Source of the DNA: Octopus bimaculoides | Lineage: Eukaryota | Direction: 5' to 3' | Assembly (NCBI RefSeq): GCF_001194135.2 | Contig: NC_068983.1 | Location: 40,686,007 to 40,720,474 of the forward strand | Length of the DNA: 34,468 bases | Shown: in pieces, positions 11,075 through 22,988 of the stretch | Layout of the letters: every line of letters starts with the position of its first letter | Numbering within the stretch: the first letter of the stretch is position 1 | Translations under genes and position numbers: made by a program | The notes under the pieces: model-generated | Database searches by the model: none | What the model was told of the DNA's origin: nothing | The model's input: only the letters and a program-made list of their open reading frames with translations

Positions 11075-11285
11075 GATCAGGCAGAATTATTAGCACACCA
11101 TCAAGATGCTTAACGACAAAATGTCCGTCTTTATGTTCCGAATTCAAATTCCGACGAGATTGACATTGCCTTTCATCCTTTTAGAGGTCGATAAAATAAA
11201 TACCCGTTGAGATCTGGGGTCGATGTAATCGTTTTATCTCTTCCCCCAAAATTACTAGCCTTGTGATAAGATTTGAAACCAATTT
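11075..11285 (+). mobile_element. Diverged SINE family B
   Basis: GCAGAATTATTAGCACACC..GAATTCAAATTCC..GCCTTTCATCCTTTTAGAGGTCGATAAAATAAATACC..GGGGTCGATGTAATCG. Confidence 0.8.
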
Positions 11286-11359
11286 GAACACAGCTTAAAG
11301 TGCTATGGTAGATTGACGAACAAAATTCATTGAAATATTTCATTACATCAATTTCCTGC

Positions 11360-11500
11360 CTTAGGTGGTGGAGTACCAGAGCCGTTGCAGTCTTGGACTG
11401 GTTAGAATGCTACGTAGTATCTGCTGGTTCTCGTCAGTTTGAGTTCGAATACGGCTTTGGTCAAATTTGTCTTCCATCATTTTGGGTTTCATACAAAAAG
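11360..11500 (+). mobile_element. Highly diverged family-B-like SINE
   Basis: TTTGAGTTCGAATAC B-box followed by GTCTTCCATCATTTTGGG. Confidence 0.45.
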
Positions 11501-11539
11501 CACTAATATAGAGCTTTGGATTGGTAGATTTCTTAGAGA

Positions 11540-11992
11540 TTTAAACGAAATACCTTCTTCTATCCGTTCTGGTCCCTCGATTTCTGGCAGTAATCTCTGT
11601 TACGAAACTTGTTCTTTGTAGTATCGGCTCCAAGCATACAGACCATCATCCCAGTATAGTTGACTTATCCCATATAGAAATTTGTAGCTTATCGCTTGAT
11701 GGAATTTGAGTAGGTTTCGCTTGAAGGAGATGGGGGTCTTTGTCTTTGATTTGTTTTAAGACAATGTTAAACAGAACAGGGTCTGTTGAGGAAAAAAAAA
11801 TCTGTTTCAGTAAAGTTGTGTTGTGATCTTTAATTGTGTAGGAGCCGTATAGCACGTGGCCCCAGCCTTGGATGAAATTCTGGATCTGATGTTAAGGTTG
11901 TTTGGGCAATACTGGCGACATATTCTCGATATTGTGCAAATGATGTAGCGCTCACGGCGGCGCTGGAGAAGACAAAGATTCAATGATTCTTT
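11540..11992 (-). mobile_element. CR1/L2-type LINE ORF2 3' fragment, decayed
   Basis: Minus strand LNLCLLQRRRERYII..CPNNLNI, then FFSSTDPVLFNIV. The L-x-x-L-x-x-R-R motif is typical of the post-RT region of CR1/L2-group LINEs. Confidence 0.75.
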
Positions 11993-12202
11993 ATACACGC
12001 ACACACACACATACACACACATAAGCATTTATATATACATGTACGAATACACACTCGTGCATATATGTGTGAATATAAAGAGAAATGCATATTTAGATAT
12101 CCATAGATCAAGATATAGACTATACAGACAAGGCTTGTGTGTGCATGTGTATTAGTTTTATTTTTTTTTGAGTCTTTTCCAATTTCATGTATTTTATTTC
12201 AG

Positions 12203-12214
12203 AGTAAGGAGAAG
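12203..12214 (+). CDS. Candidate 12-nt microexon (AGTAAGGAGAAG)
   Basis: ~45-nt pyrimidine-rich tract ending TATTTTATTTCAG, then donor AAG|GTCAGT; frame-preserving. Sequence motifs are the only evidence. Confidence 0.3.
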
Positions 12215-12529
12215 GTCAGTTTGACATAGAACAGTCGATGTGGAATTTAATACCGCTAAATCTGTTTGAACTTAAAAATATGAGAAAATATAAACTTTAG
12301 CGTAATGGATTTGGAATTGAATATTAAAACCATGTCCTATATGTATGTAATTATACAAGCATATATATGTGTGTGTGTGTGTGTATTTATTTACATATAT
12401 AAATACATACATATATATACATACATATACATATATACACAGACACACACATATATTTATATGTATGTTTATATGCATTTACATATGTATACAACTCTCT
12501 CTCCTCTCACTCTCTGTATGTGTGTGTGT

Positions 12530-12762
12530 TATTTCTTTTACTACCCACAAGGGACTACACACAGAGGGGACAAACAAGGACAGACAAACGGATTAAGTCG
12601 ATTATATCGACCCCAGTGTATAACTGGTACTTATTTAATCGACCCCGAAAGGATGAAAGGCAAAGTCGACCTCGGCGGAATTTGAACTCAGAACGTAGCA
12701 GCAGACGAAATACTGCTAAGCATTTCGCCCGGTGTGCTAACGTTTCTGCCGGCTCACCGCCT
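12530..12762 (-). mobile_element. Full-length SINE family B monomer (long-tail variant)
   Basis: Head AAGGCGGTGAGCCGGCAGAAACGTTAGCAC, B-box GAGTTCAAATTCC, tail ..GTGGGTAGTAAAAGAAATAA. Confidence 0.92.
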
Positions 12763-13478
12763 TTTGTATGTATGCGTGTGTGTGTGTGTGGTGNNNNNNN
12801 NNNNNNNNNNNNNNNNNNNNNNNNNNNNNNNNNNNNNNNNNNNNNNNNNNNNNNNNNNNNNNNNNNNNNNNNNNNNNNNNNNNNNNNTATATATACGTAT
12901 AGATGTAAGTATGTGTATATACCAATGTATAATGCATATATATATATTACTTATATTATTATATGATTGAACACCATGCATCCTCTCCCAAGTAAGTTTT
13001 ATTTTAATCATTCTGATGCGCACTCTATACGATCTTTTTACACTTTTATTCTTTTACCTTCTCTTCTCCCACTATTCTATTCTATTACTCTATATTCTAT
13101 TACTCTCTCCCTCACTCTCTCTCTCTCCCTCACTCTCTCTCTCTCCCTCACTCCTCCTCCCTGGCTTACGTGGTTCCCACGTGACCATCGGCCATCTTTC
13201 TTGCTCTCCGTTGTAGCTGGAACAACGAAGACGTGTTCTTGTTTGTCTCTTATCCTAGTTTGATTTACGAAATACGAGACTAGAGAAACAGCCAACAACT
13301 GATGAAGGGCCGTTCTTTATGTTGTTTGTTTTGTTTCCCATTTGTGTCTTTCGTTGTTTGAAGGAATAGTTCAAGTTCCATGTACTCCTACTTTGTATTT
13401 TTTTTTTGTTGTACACGTTTCATGACGTCCTGTGCCCACATCACCATCAACATCATTATCACTACATCTATTATTTAC

Positions 13479-13479
<1 letters not shown>

Positions 13480-13517
<38 letters not shown>

Positions 13518-13518
13518 A

Positions 13519-13574
<56 letters not shown>

Positions 13575-13615
13575 TCATTTATCAATCTACTTTATTTTCC
13601 CATATATCTGTTCAC

Positions 13616-13676
<61 letters not shown>

Positions 13677-13698
13677 CACTACTACCACTACTACTACT
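13480..13698. repeat. (CTAT)n and (CTA)n microsatellites
   Basis: Direct observation. Confidence 0.95.
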
Positions 13699-13862
13699 AG
13701 AGAGAGAGAGAATGAGGGAGGGAGGGAGGATAATTAAATACACAACAACTATGTAGTTATGTTTTAAATGTTTACAAAGCCAGTAATTGTCGCTGGCCAT
13801 GGTTACGGTAACAGCTGGACATTTTACACGGCTTCCCTGTGCGCGGGGGTTGAGATGGAACT

Positions 13863-14790
13863 AGAGGTGGTGGTGGTGGTGGTGGTTTTGAAAGTGGTGG
13901 TTTTGAAAGTGGTGGTGGTGAAGGTGATTGAGATGGTGATGGAGGGGCTGATAGTGATAGTGGGTGATGTATGATGATAATGATGATGATGATCGTGTTG
14001 CAGCTGAGGATGATGGCGTTTGTGGTTCTGGATGTGAGGGNNNNNNNNNNNNNNNNNNNNNNNNNNNNNNNNNNNNNNNNNNNNNNNNNNNNNNNNNNNN
14101 NNNNNNNNNNNNNNNNNNNNNNNNNNNNNNNNNNNNNNNNNNNNNNNNNNNNNNNNNNNNNNNNNNNNNNNNNNNNNNNNNNNNNNNNNNNNNNNNNNNN
14201 NNNNNNNNNNNNNNNNNNNNNNNNNNNNNNNNNNNNNNNNNNNNNNNNNNNNNNNNNNNNNNNNNNNNNNNNNNNNNNNNNNNNNNNNNNNNNNNNNNNN
14301 NNNNNNNNNNNNNNNNNNNNNNNNNNNNNNNNNNNNNNNNNNNNNNNNNNNNNNNNNNNNNNNNNNNNNNNNNNNNNNNNNNNNNNNNNNNNNNNNNNNN
14401 NNNNNNNNNNNNNNNNNNNNNNNNNNNNNNNNNNNNNNNNNNNNNNNNNNNNNNNNNNNNNNNNNNNNNNNNNNNNNNNNNNNNNNNNNNNNNNNNNNNN
14501 NNNNNNNNNNNNNNNNNNNNNNNNNNNNNNNNNNNNNNNNNNNNNNNNNNNNNNNNNNNNNNNNNNNNNNNNNNNNNNNNNNNNNNNNNNNNNNNNNNNA
14601 TGATGGTGGCATTCACGCTGAATGAAATGGTAGTGTTGGTGATAGTGGTGATGATGGTGGTGGTAGTGGTGGTTATGATGGTGCTGCTGCTACTGCTACT
14701 GCTGCTACTGCTGCTACTACTGTTGCTACTGCTACTGCTGCTGCTACTGCTGCTGCTTGTCTTTGTGGTAATAGTGGTTGTGGTGGAAAT
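13863..14790. repeat. Compound GGT/GAT/CTG trinucleotide low-complexity region spanning a gap
   Basis: Direct observation; N gap 14041-14599. Confidence 0.9.
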
Positions 14791-15276
14791 GTAAGGTTGG
14801 TGGCGGACAAATGTGATGCTAATGTTTATGGTGTGGTACAAGAGGCGATATGAGGGTGGTAATACAGGTGTGTGTGTAGAGGGTGATGAGAGTACTAAAG
14901 ATGATGTGTGGTGGGGTTAGATAGAGGCGGTGGGTGACAGTGATAGTGGCGGGGACTACAGTAAATTGTGGTGGTGTTCGCAGAAGTTAAGATGGTGGTN
15001 NNNNNNNNNNNNNNNNNNNNNNNNNNNNNNNNNNNNNNNNNNNNNNNNNNNNNNNNNNNNNNNNNNNNNNNNNNNNNNNNNNNNNNNNNNNNNNNNNNNN
15101 NNNNNNNNNNNNNNNNNNNNNNNNNNNNNNNNNNNNNNNNNNNNNNNNNNNNNNNNNNNNNNNNNNNNNNNNNNNNNNNNNNNNNNNNNNNNNNNNNNNN
15201 NNNNNNNNNNNNNNNNNNNNNNNNNNNNNNNNNNNNNNNNNNNNNNNNNNNNNNNNNNNNNNNNNNNNNNATATAT

Positions 15277-15440
15277 ACGACGGGCTTCTTTCAGTTTCCG
15301 TCAGACAAATCCAATCAGAAGGCTTTGGTCGGTCCGTGGCCATAGTAGAAGGCACTTGCCCAAGGTGCCACACAGTGGGACTGAACCGAGAACCATGTGG
15401 TTGGGAAGCAAGCTTCTTACAACACAGCCACTCCCGCGCC
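15277..15440 (-). mobile_element. SINE family A
   Basis: Reverse complement matches 1401-1552 and adds the head AGGCGCGGGAGTGGCTGTG. Confidence 0.92.
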
Positions 15441-16289
15441 TATTACACATACATTCTCACAACAAAACCTTATGTGGTACACCATGGGTCATATGAACTC
15501 AGGTTGCAAACTAGTGACTTAGAACTTTATTGAGAACACAGTTATTTTAATTTTTTTGGCGGGTATTCATTCATTTTATCGTCCCCTTTTCTTAGAAAAT
15601 TTCACACATTTTATAGTCGCATCTTCTCCGAGATCATTCTCACCTCATTCCGCATGTTGTGTCATAAAATCGCTTATTTTGAAAATCATTGTTCACACGT
15701 ACAAATACACATATTTCGCCTTTCGTGTGATACTTCTGTGCCCTTTGACATGGTACATTTTAGGTAATATCCTGCTCTTTCATTGACTAAATACAGACTT
15801 AGTAGCGAAGGGTCTTGTCTCATATTACTCTTCAAGGTTTCAATTTCAGACAAAACTATCGTTCCTCACGAGAGGACGCTCCTTTGTAGCTTAATACCAG
15901 CTTCACTGATATTCCTGAATCAAGTGATTTATCAATGCCAAAAGTGACCCGAGCTCACATTGGAGGGCATTCATATTGTTGGGGTTGTTGTACTTGTTGC
16001 ATTTATCATTATTTGGTGTTTTTGTTAGGGCAAGTGTATTAAATTCGAAAATTCCGACACATGGATCAGTTTGCATTTTCTAATATTGTCTGTCAGTGTT
16101 TTTTTTTGTATTGTTTTTATTGGGGAGAAGTTGAGTGGGTTTAAGCCACTTCATGAGGCTAGAGTTCAGGATTCATTGCTGTTTCAGTCTTTGCATAAAG
16201 CCCTAAAGTTTAACCACAGAATACATACATACATACATACATACATACATGCATACATACATGAATCGCCATACTGAACCGCTGAAATC

Positions 16290-16425
16290 TACAAGTTGTT
16301 TTCATTCTATCTTTGTGCATTTCTTCTTATTTCTTTCTGTTGAAGAGCGTAGGCTCAAAACATAAAAGACTTTTTATTTTTCTCGAGCGTCAAACATCTG
16401 CTTGTTGTTCATATACTTGTCTCAC
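16290..16425 (+). mobile_element. Penelope-like element 3'-terminal remnant
   Basis: Matches the reverse complement of 25330-25425, the terminus downstream of the Penelope RT fragment. Confidence 0.65.
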
Positions 16426-16581
16426 ATACTACAAAATCTGCAAAACCTTCTTAAGGTGGTGGTGATGGTGGCAGTGGTGGTGGTAGTGGAGGTGGTTGTG
16501 GTGGTGGTGATGGTGGTGGTGGTGAGGGTAATGGTTATAGTGGTGGTGGTGGTTGTCGTGGAGGTGGTGGTGTTGGTAGTC

Positions 16582-16988
16582 CTTACGTTCTGAGTTCAAA
16601 TTCTGCCGAGGTCGACTTTGCCTTTCATCCTTTCGGGGTCGATAAATTATGTACCAGTTACGTACTGTGGTCGATCTCATCGGCTGGCCCCTTCCCTAAA
16701 ATTTCGGTTCTTGTGCCTAGAGTAGAAAAGAATATTTTAAGGATGATTAAGATGGCAATCTCACAGAATCGTTAGCACACCGGGCAAAATGCTTAGCGGT
16801 ATTTCGGCTGCCGTTATGTTTTGAGTTCAAACTCTGGCGAGGTCGACTTTGCCTTTCATCCTTTCGGGGTCGATTGAATAAGTACTAGTTGCGCACTGGG
16901 GTCGATATAATCGACTTAATCCGTTTGTCTGTCCTTGTTTGTTCCCTCTGTGTGTAGCTCCTTGTGGGCAGTAAGGAAATAAGAAATA
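16582..16988 (+). mobile_element. Two adjacent SINE family B copies (5'-truncated short-tail, then long-tail)
   Basis: Two GAGTTCAAA..GAGGTCGACTTTGCCTTTCATCCTTTCGGGGTCGAT blocks; tails TGCCTAGAGTAGAAAAG and GTGGGCAGTAAGGAAATAAG. Confidence 0.9.
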
Positions 16989-17189
16989 TATGACGGTAAA
17001 TACCCGACATCTTCAATAATTTTTGTGTTCATCTTTGTATCAAAACTTTGTGCTGAGAAACGGGTGGCCATCAAGAACAGTGTTAATGATTAAGATATAC
17101 TAAAGTGATCCAGTCAGGAAGACATAATGAGATATCGTTTGGTTTGAGATGTAACAGGCTACAATTTCTAACAGATCAACCTAGTTGGT

Positions 17190-17217
17190 TTCTGATGATG
17201 ATGCTGACAATGATAAC

Positions 17218-17265
<48 letters not shown>

Positions 17266-17541
17266 AACGACGACATCGACAACGATAGTGATGATGAGGA
17301 CGATGTCGATGATGATGACGACGATGACGATGACGACGACGATGACGAGGATAATGATGATGATGATGGTGTTGATGATGATGCTGCTGCTGATGATGAT
17401 GATGATGATGACGATGATGAGGATGGCGGCGGCGGTAATGTTGGTGGTGGTGGTGACGATGACGATGATGATGATGATGATGATGACGACGACTACGACG
17501 ACGACGACAACGACAACGACGACGAAGATGATGATGATGAT
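17190..17541. repeat. (GAT/GAC)n compound trinucleotide repeat
   Basis: Direct observation; source of the poly-D/M/T ORFs. Confidence 0.95.
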
Positions 17542-17607
17542 GGAATCTTCAGGGCAATTGGTTATAATAGTGAAGAACTTTCACTGTGGCATTAGATGTG
17601 TGTCTAT

Positions 17608-17645
<38 letters not shown>

Positions 17646-17655
17646 NNNNNNNNNN

Positions 17656-17879
17656 CGACGACATCGACAACGATAGTGATGATGAGGACGATGTCGATGA
17701 TGATGACGACGATGACGATGACGACGACGATGACGAGGATAATGATGATGATGATGGTGTTGATGATGATGCTGCTGCTGATGATGATGATGATGATGAC
17801 GATGATGAGGATGGCGGCGGCGGTAATGTTGGTGGTGGTGGTGACGATGACGATGATGATGATGATGATGATGACGACG
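17656..17879. other. Exact 224-bp copy of 17268-17491 between two 10-N gaps (probable assembly artefact)
   Basis: Identical to the upstream low-complexity segment and bounded by fixed-size gaps. Confidence 0.8.
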
Positions 17880-18049
17880 NNNNNNNNNNAAAAACATGAC
17901 GAAGAGTTGATCGTAGTAATCCTATCGGATTTATATCCTATTGTCTCCCTTGCATACATACCTTTGAATGTGGTCAGAGAAAAAAAATGGAGACCAGAGT
18001 TTAAAGATAGCAGGGAAGAAAGAGAGGAAATATGCAAACAATGCACAAT

Positions 18050-18058
18050 TTCTCTCTC

Positions 18059-18157
<99 letters not shown>

Positions 18158-18194
18158 GCCTCTGTCTCTGTCTCTCTCTATCTCTGTCTCTGTC

Positions 18195-18265
<71 letters not shown>

Positions 18266-18355
18266 CAGTCTATCTATCTATTTATTTATCTATCTTTCTA
18301 TGAATTCATCTATATCTCAACGTTTAACTGTCTATCTTTCAGCCTGTTTATCTCC

Positions 18356-18421
<66 letters not shown>

Positions 18422-18497
18422 GTCTGTCTCTCTGTCTGTCTGTCTGTCTGTATGTCTATCTGTCTGTCTGTATGTCTATCTGTCTGTCTATTTATCC

Positions 18498-18543
<46 letters not shown>

Positions 18544-18670
18544 TTATAATCCATCTATCTACTTATCTATCTATTTATAAAGCTACCTATCTGTCTATTT
18601 AAAATGTCTCTCACCTTCTCTCTCTTTCTCTTCCCCCTTCCCCTTCTCTCTCTATCTCTCTCTCTCTCTG
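18050..18670. repeat. Compound (CT)n/(CTGT)n/(CTAT)n microsatellite
   Basis: Direct observation. Confidence 0.95.
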
Positions 18671-19021
18671 TCTATATATACATATACGAGTGTATACCTC
18701 TGCGAGTGTGTAAAGTGTTTCTGCCATCCCTTATTAAGGATTCTAGTCATGTCCGCACGTGAATTGGATTCTTCCCGTGAAGAAATCACATTGAAACACC
18801 GGCTTGACCTACAAATGTAATAAAATGCTCATAAGTATTCTATTCACGTGTGCCCACTGTTGCCAAACAGTACATGACCTCTTCCGGGTCACTATAACAA
18901 TTTCAAATTCACTCTGAATTCGATAACAGAAAATATTGGTAACCTTCATTCAATTTCTTTTACTGTGTGCTCTGCACCCATGTGTTAGTGCTGCCTTTGT
19001 GTGTGTGCGTGTGTTCCTGCA

Positions 19022-19073
<52 letters not shown>

Positions 19074-20190
19074 CGTGTGTTTGTATTTATGTTTATTTTG
19101 TTGACTTTTGTGTTTAGTTTTTGGTAACGGTTTTACGCCAGATTTTGACTGTTATAGAGTATGTTCTATTCTAAACGAGATCCCGTTCTGACAACGAGAT
19201 CTGCAAATCGTGATAAACAGCACGTTTGTTTAACTATTTCTGATTCCATAGCTTCCNNNNNNNNNNNNNNNNNNNNNNNNNNNNNNNNNNNNNNNNNNNN
19301 NNNNNNNNNNNNNNNNNNNNNNNNNNNNNNNNNNNNNNNNNNNNNNNNNNNNNNNNNNNNNNNNNNNNNNNNNNNNNNNNNNNNNNNNNNNNNNNNNNNN
19401 NNNNNNNNNNNNNNNNNNNNNNNNNNNNNNNNNNNNNNNNNNNNNNNNNNNNNNNNNNNNNNNNNNNNNNNNNNNNNNNNNNNNNNNNNNNNNNNNNNNN
19501 NNNNNNNNNNNNNNNNNNNNNNNNNNNNNNNNNNNNNNNNNNNNNNNNNNNNNNNNNNNNNNNNNNNNNNNNNNNNNNNNNNNNNNNNNNNNNNNNNNNN
19601 NNNNNNNNNNNNNNNNNNNNNNNNNNNNNNNNNNNNNNNNNNNNNNNNNNNNNNNNNNNNNNNNNNNNNNNNNNNNNNNNNNNNNNNNNNNNNNNNNNNN
19701 NNNNNNNNNNNNNNNNNNNNNNNNNNNNNNNNNNNNNNNNNNNNNNNNNNNNNNNNNNNNNNNNNNNNNNNNNNNNNNNNNNNNNNNNNNNNNNNNNNNN
19801 NNNNNNNNNNNNNNNNNNNNNNNNNNNNNNNNNNNNNNNNNNNNNNNNNNNNNNNNNNNNNNNNNNNNNNNNNNNNNNNNNNNNNNNNNNNNNNNNNNNN
19901 NNNNNNNNNNNNNNNNNNNNNNNNNNNNNNNNNNNNNNNNNNNNNNNNNNNNNNNNNNNNNNNNNNNNNNNNNNNNNNNNNNNNNNNNNNNTTTGTTCGT
20001 TTTTTGTAATTGTGAAATTTTTTCTCCATGAACGGTTTGTATTTTTCTGATGTTATATCTGTTCCTGAATGATGTGTAAAGAAATTTTGATTTAAGCATC
20101 TAAATGAATTCTTTATATTGAAATATATATTGAAGAAGATAAATATGTTCTTTTGAATTTATACGTTTTTGCGTTGTAACTCCTTTATTA

Positions 20191-20226
<36 letters not shown>

Positions 20227-20228
<2 letters not shown>

Positions 20229-20388
20229 CGGGCTTCTTTCAATTTCCGTCTACCAAATCCACTCACAAGGCTTAGGTCGTCTCGAGGCTATAGTAGAAGT
20301 CACTTGGCCAAGATACCAAAGAGTGGGACTGAATTCGGGTCATGTGGTTGGTAAACAAGTTACATACTACACAGCCACTCCTACGCCT
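20227..20388 (-). mobile_element. SINE family A
   Basis: Reverse complement matches 1401-1552 and 15277-15440. Confidence 0.9.
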
Positions 20389-20994
20389 GTATATACACAC
20401 AAAATATGTGTATGGGCATACACATACATTATTGATATATATTAAGCGTATACAAGCACATACTAAAATGCATGCATGCAGCTGAAGATTGCTCTTCATA
20501 TTGCATTTAAGGTAATGCTCACATTACTTAAATAAATTGAAGTAGCATGAAACGTGCGTACTGCAATCACTTTTGAAATCCGTGTTGCTTATTGTTTGAT
20601 TTTAATCACCCATCCTTTTGGGATGCGATATTCGGGTGCCTTCGCATAAGTACCATATTCAAGCTTTGAATCTATATCTAAACCGTATNNNNNNNNNNNN
20701 NNNNNNNNNNNNNNNNNNNNNNNNNNNNNNNNNNNNNNNNNNNNNNNNNNNNNNNNNNNNNNNNNNNNNNNNNNNNNNNNNNNNNNNNNNNNNNNNNNNN
20801 NNNNNNNNNNNNNNNNNNNNNNNNNNNNNNNNNNNNNNNNNNNNNNNNNNNNNNNNNNNNNNNNNNNNNNNNNNNNNNNNNNNNATATATATATATATAT
20901 ATATATACATATATAAATGCATGCATGTATATATATAAATGCATGCATATATATATATATACACTCATGGGTGCATACATACATAATTAAACAC

Positions 20995-21185
20995 CTTAGC
21001 GGCGTACTGGCAACATCGTTAGCTCGCCTGGCAAAATGCTTCGGGGCCTTTCATACGTCTTTACGTTCTGCATCGACTTCGCCTTTCATCCTTGCGGAGT
21101 TGATAAAATATGTGCCATCCGAGTACTAGGCTCGGTTTAATCGACGCGCACCCTTCTCCCCGAAATTTCAGGTCTTGTACGTATT
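20995..21185 (+). mobile_element. Diverged SINE family B
   Basis: ACTGGCAACATCGTTAG..AAATGCTT..TTCGCCTTTCATCCTTGCGGAGTTGATAAAATATGTGCC. Confidence 0.75.
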
Positions 21186-21277
21186 ACAGAAAGATATTCA
21201 AACACGGTGTATAACGCATTGTAACGTTTATACCATAATAATGACAGAAGTAATTCTGCGATATCTAACATCCTACA

Positions 21278-21702
21278 TATATTCTTTTCTACTCTAGGCA
21301 CAAGACCCAAAATTTGGGAGCAGTGGTTGGGGCAGTCGATTAGATGGATCGCAGTAAGCAACTGGTTCTTAATTAATCGACACCGTAAGGATGAAATGCA
21401 AAGTCTATCTCGGCGGAATTTGAACTCAGAACGTAAAGACAGATGAAATACCGCTAAGCATTTCACCCGGCGTGTTAATGTTTCTTATTTCTTTATTACC
21501 CGCAAGGAGCTAAACATAGAGGAGACAAACAAGGAGATTATATCGACTTAATCAGTGTGTAACTGGTACTTAATTTATCGACCCCGAAAGGATGAAAAGC
21601 AAAGTCGACCTCGGTGGAATTTGGACTCAGAACGTAACGGCAGACGAAATACCATTAAGCATTTCACCCGGTGCGCTAACGTTTCTGCCAGCTCACCGCC
21701 TT
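21278..21702 (-). mobile_element. SINE family B dimer (long-tail unit fused to short-tail unit)
   Basis: One head at 21702, two bodies, and junction AAAGAAATAAGAA|ACATTAACAC as at 6797 and 7012. Confidence 0.9.
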
Positions 21703-22430
21703 GCATTCTACATATATTTTAGACAGACTTGAGGACAGAAGCCTCTCAACCAAATCTTTTTTTGGAGTTGTGTTTGATCGCTAACAGTTTCAATTTCAAG
21801 TTTGACATGTCTCAATTTATTGGGTCATCCCATAAATAATGTGGTCTTTTGATACATTTTTATTTTTCAAAATTAAGATAAACAAAGTTCTATTTTAAAT
21901 CTAAAACATATTCTCTTTCGTTTTCTACAATGATCTTCCATCTATCTGGTAGACTTGCAAGGCCCCTCTTCCAAAATTCACTCCTCCACTATTGTTCTGA
22001 CCTCGTCTACAGGATTCATATTTTCCCCGTCCAAACGATTTTGAAGACTGCGGAATAAATAATAATCAGATGGGACAATGTCCGGCGAATATGGTGGGCG
22101 AGGCATGGTTTCCCATTCAAAGTGCTCCAGCCTATAGAATGACATTCTCGCTGTATGTGGCCGTGCATTATCTTAATGGAAGAAAACTTTTCGTCTTGAA
22201 ACCAAAGTTGGTCGTTTTTCTTCTAGCGCTGACTTAAACGACTGGTTGAATGATCGAATCCAAGCTTCTCTGCTAGTTCCTTAACAGTTACGATGGGATT
22301 GTGTTCCACTAGGGTTTGGAAATCTACTGATCTTCCAGGATAAGACTCATCTTCTAGGCTGTAGTTTCTTGCTTGGAATATCTGGAACCACTGTTGACAC
22401 TGGCTTACGCTTATTGTCCGATCGCCATAT

Positions 22431-22734
22431 GTTTTGTTTGTTCCTTCTCGAGCCATGTCTGACTCATAAGGGCCGGTTTCCCGGTTTCATTGCCGTATAG
22501 GTACCCCATCTGGATGGGACGCTCGTCCGTCGCATGTGAGCAGCTAGATGTAGGAGGAAATGTGAGAGAAAGTTGAAGCGAAAGAGTCAGCAGAAGTTCG
22601 CCATTACCTTCTGTCAGAGCCATGATGAGCTTAGGCGTTCGCTCATAAACACACGCATCGCCCGTTTGAGATTCGAACCCGTGATCACTTGACCGCGAGT
22701 TCGCTACTCTAACCACTAGGCCATGTGCCTCCAT
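22431..22734 (-). mobile_element. tRNA-derived SINE family D inserted in the mariner ORF
   Basis: A-box TGGCCTAGTGG, B-box GGTTCGAATCTC, CAAACAAAAC tail. TSD CCGATCGCCATAT (22418-22430) / CCAATCCCCATAT (22735-22747). Confidence 0.88.
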
Positions 22735-22770
22735 CCAATCCCCATATACTGCATTAATATTCCTCGCACT

Positions 22771-22988
22771 AATGCAGCGAGCTAGCAGAAACATTAGCAC
22801 GCCGGGCGAAATGCTTAGCGGTATTTCGTCTGTCTTTATGTTCTGAGTTCAAATTCCGCCGAGATCGACTTTACCTTTCATCCTTTCGGGGTCGATAAAT
22901 TAAGTTCCAGTTGCGTACTGGGGTCGATCTAATCGACTGCCTCCACCACTCCCCCAAAATTTTGAACCTTGTGCCTTGAGTAGAAAAG
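22771..22988 (+). mobile_element. SINE family B (short-tail) inserted in the mariner ORF
   Basis: Family B body. TSD AATATTCCTCGCACT (22756-22770) / AATATTCCTCGTAAT (22989-23003). Confidence 0.9.

Noticed and set aside
13285-13330. CTGATGAAGG hammerhead-like half core
   Set aside because: No closing stem II or GAAA follows; at most a decayed retroelement terminus.
15889-16050. Short frames with a TM-like stretch (LEGIHIVGVVVLVAFIIIWCFC) or a Cys cluster
   Set aside because: Bounded by stops, with no consistent acceptor-donor pair in the hydrophobic frame; GT-rich composition explains it.
17656-17879. Apparent 224-bp exact duplication
   Set aside because: 100% identical low-complexity contig between two 10-N gaps; most likely a scaffolding artefact.
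17105-17899. Asp-rich/Met-rich ORF resembling an acidic biomineral protein
   Set aside because: A compound GAT/GAC microsatellite open in most frames, with no signal peptide or splice support, and partly duplicated by assembly.
17950-17965. Strong minus-strand donor AAG|GTATGT
   Set aside because: No upstream acceptor AG or exon-like sequence; GTATGT is abundant in local microsatellites.
18684-18808. Possible minus-strand exon (SSRCFNVISSREESNSRADM..)
   Set aside because: Weak donor, unrecognised peptide, and no compatible phase with the other candidates.
20482-20511. 30-nt mini-exon LKIALHIAFK with GTAATG donor
   Set aside because: The acceptor lacks a polypyrimidine tract and sits in ATGC repeats.
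2123-20984. Long ORFs (up to 473 aa) containing X runs
   Set aside because: They stay open only because N gaps contain no stop codons; the flanking residues are microsatellite translations.
22660-22734. tRNA-like sequence (also the heads at 27162, 1401, 12762)
   Set aside because: A/B boxes are present but there is no complete acceptor stem, and each continues into a SINE body with a tail or TSD; these are SINE heads, not tRNA genes.
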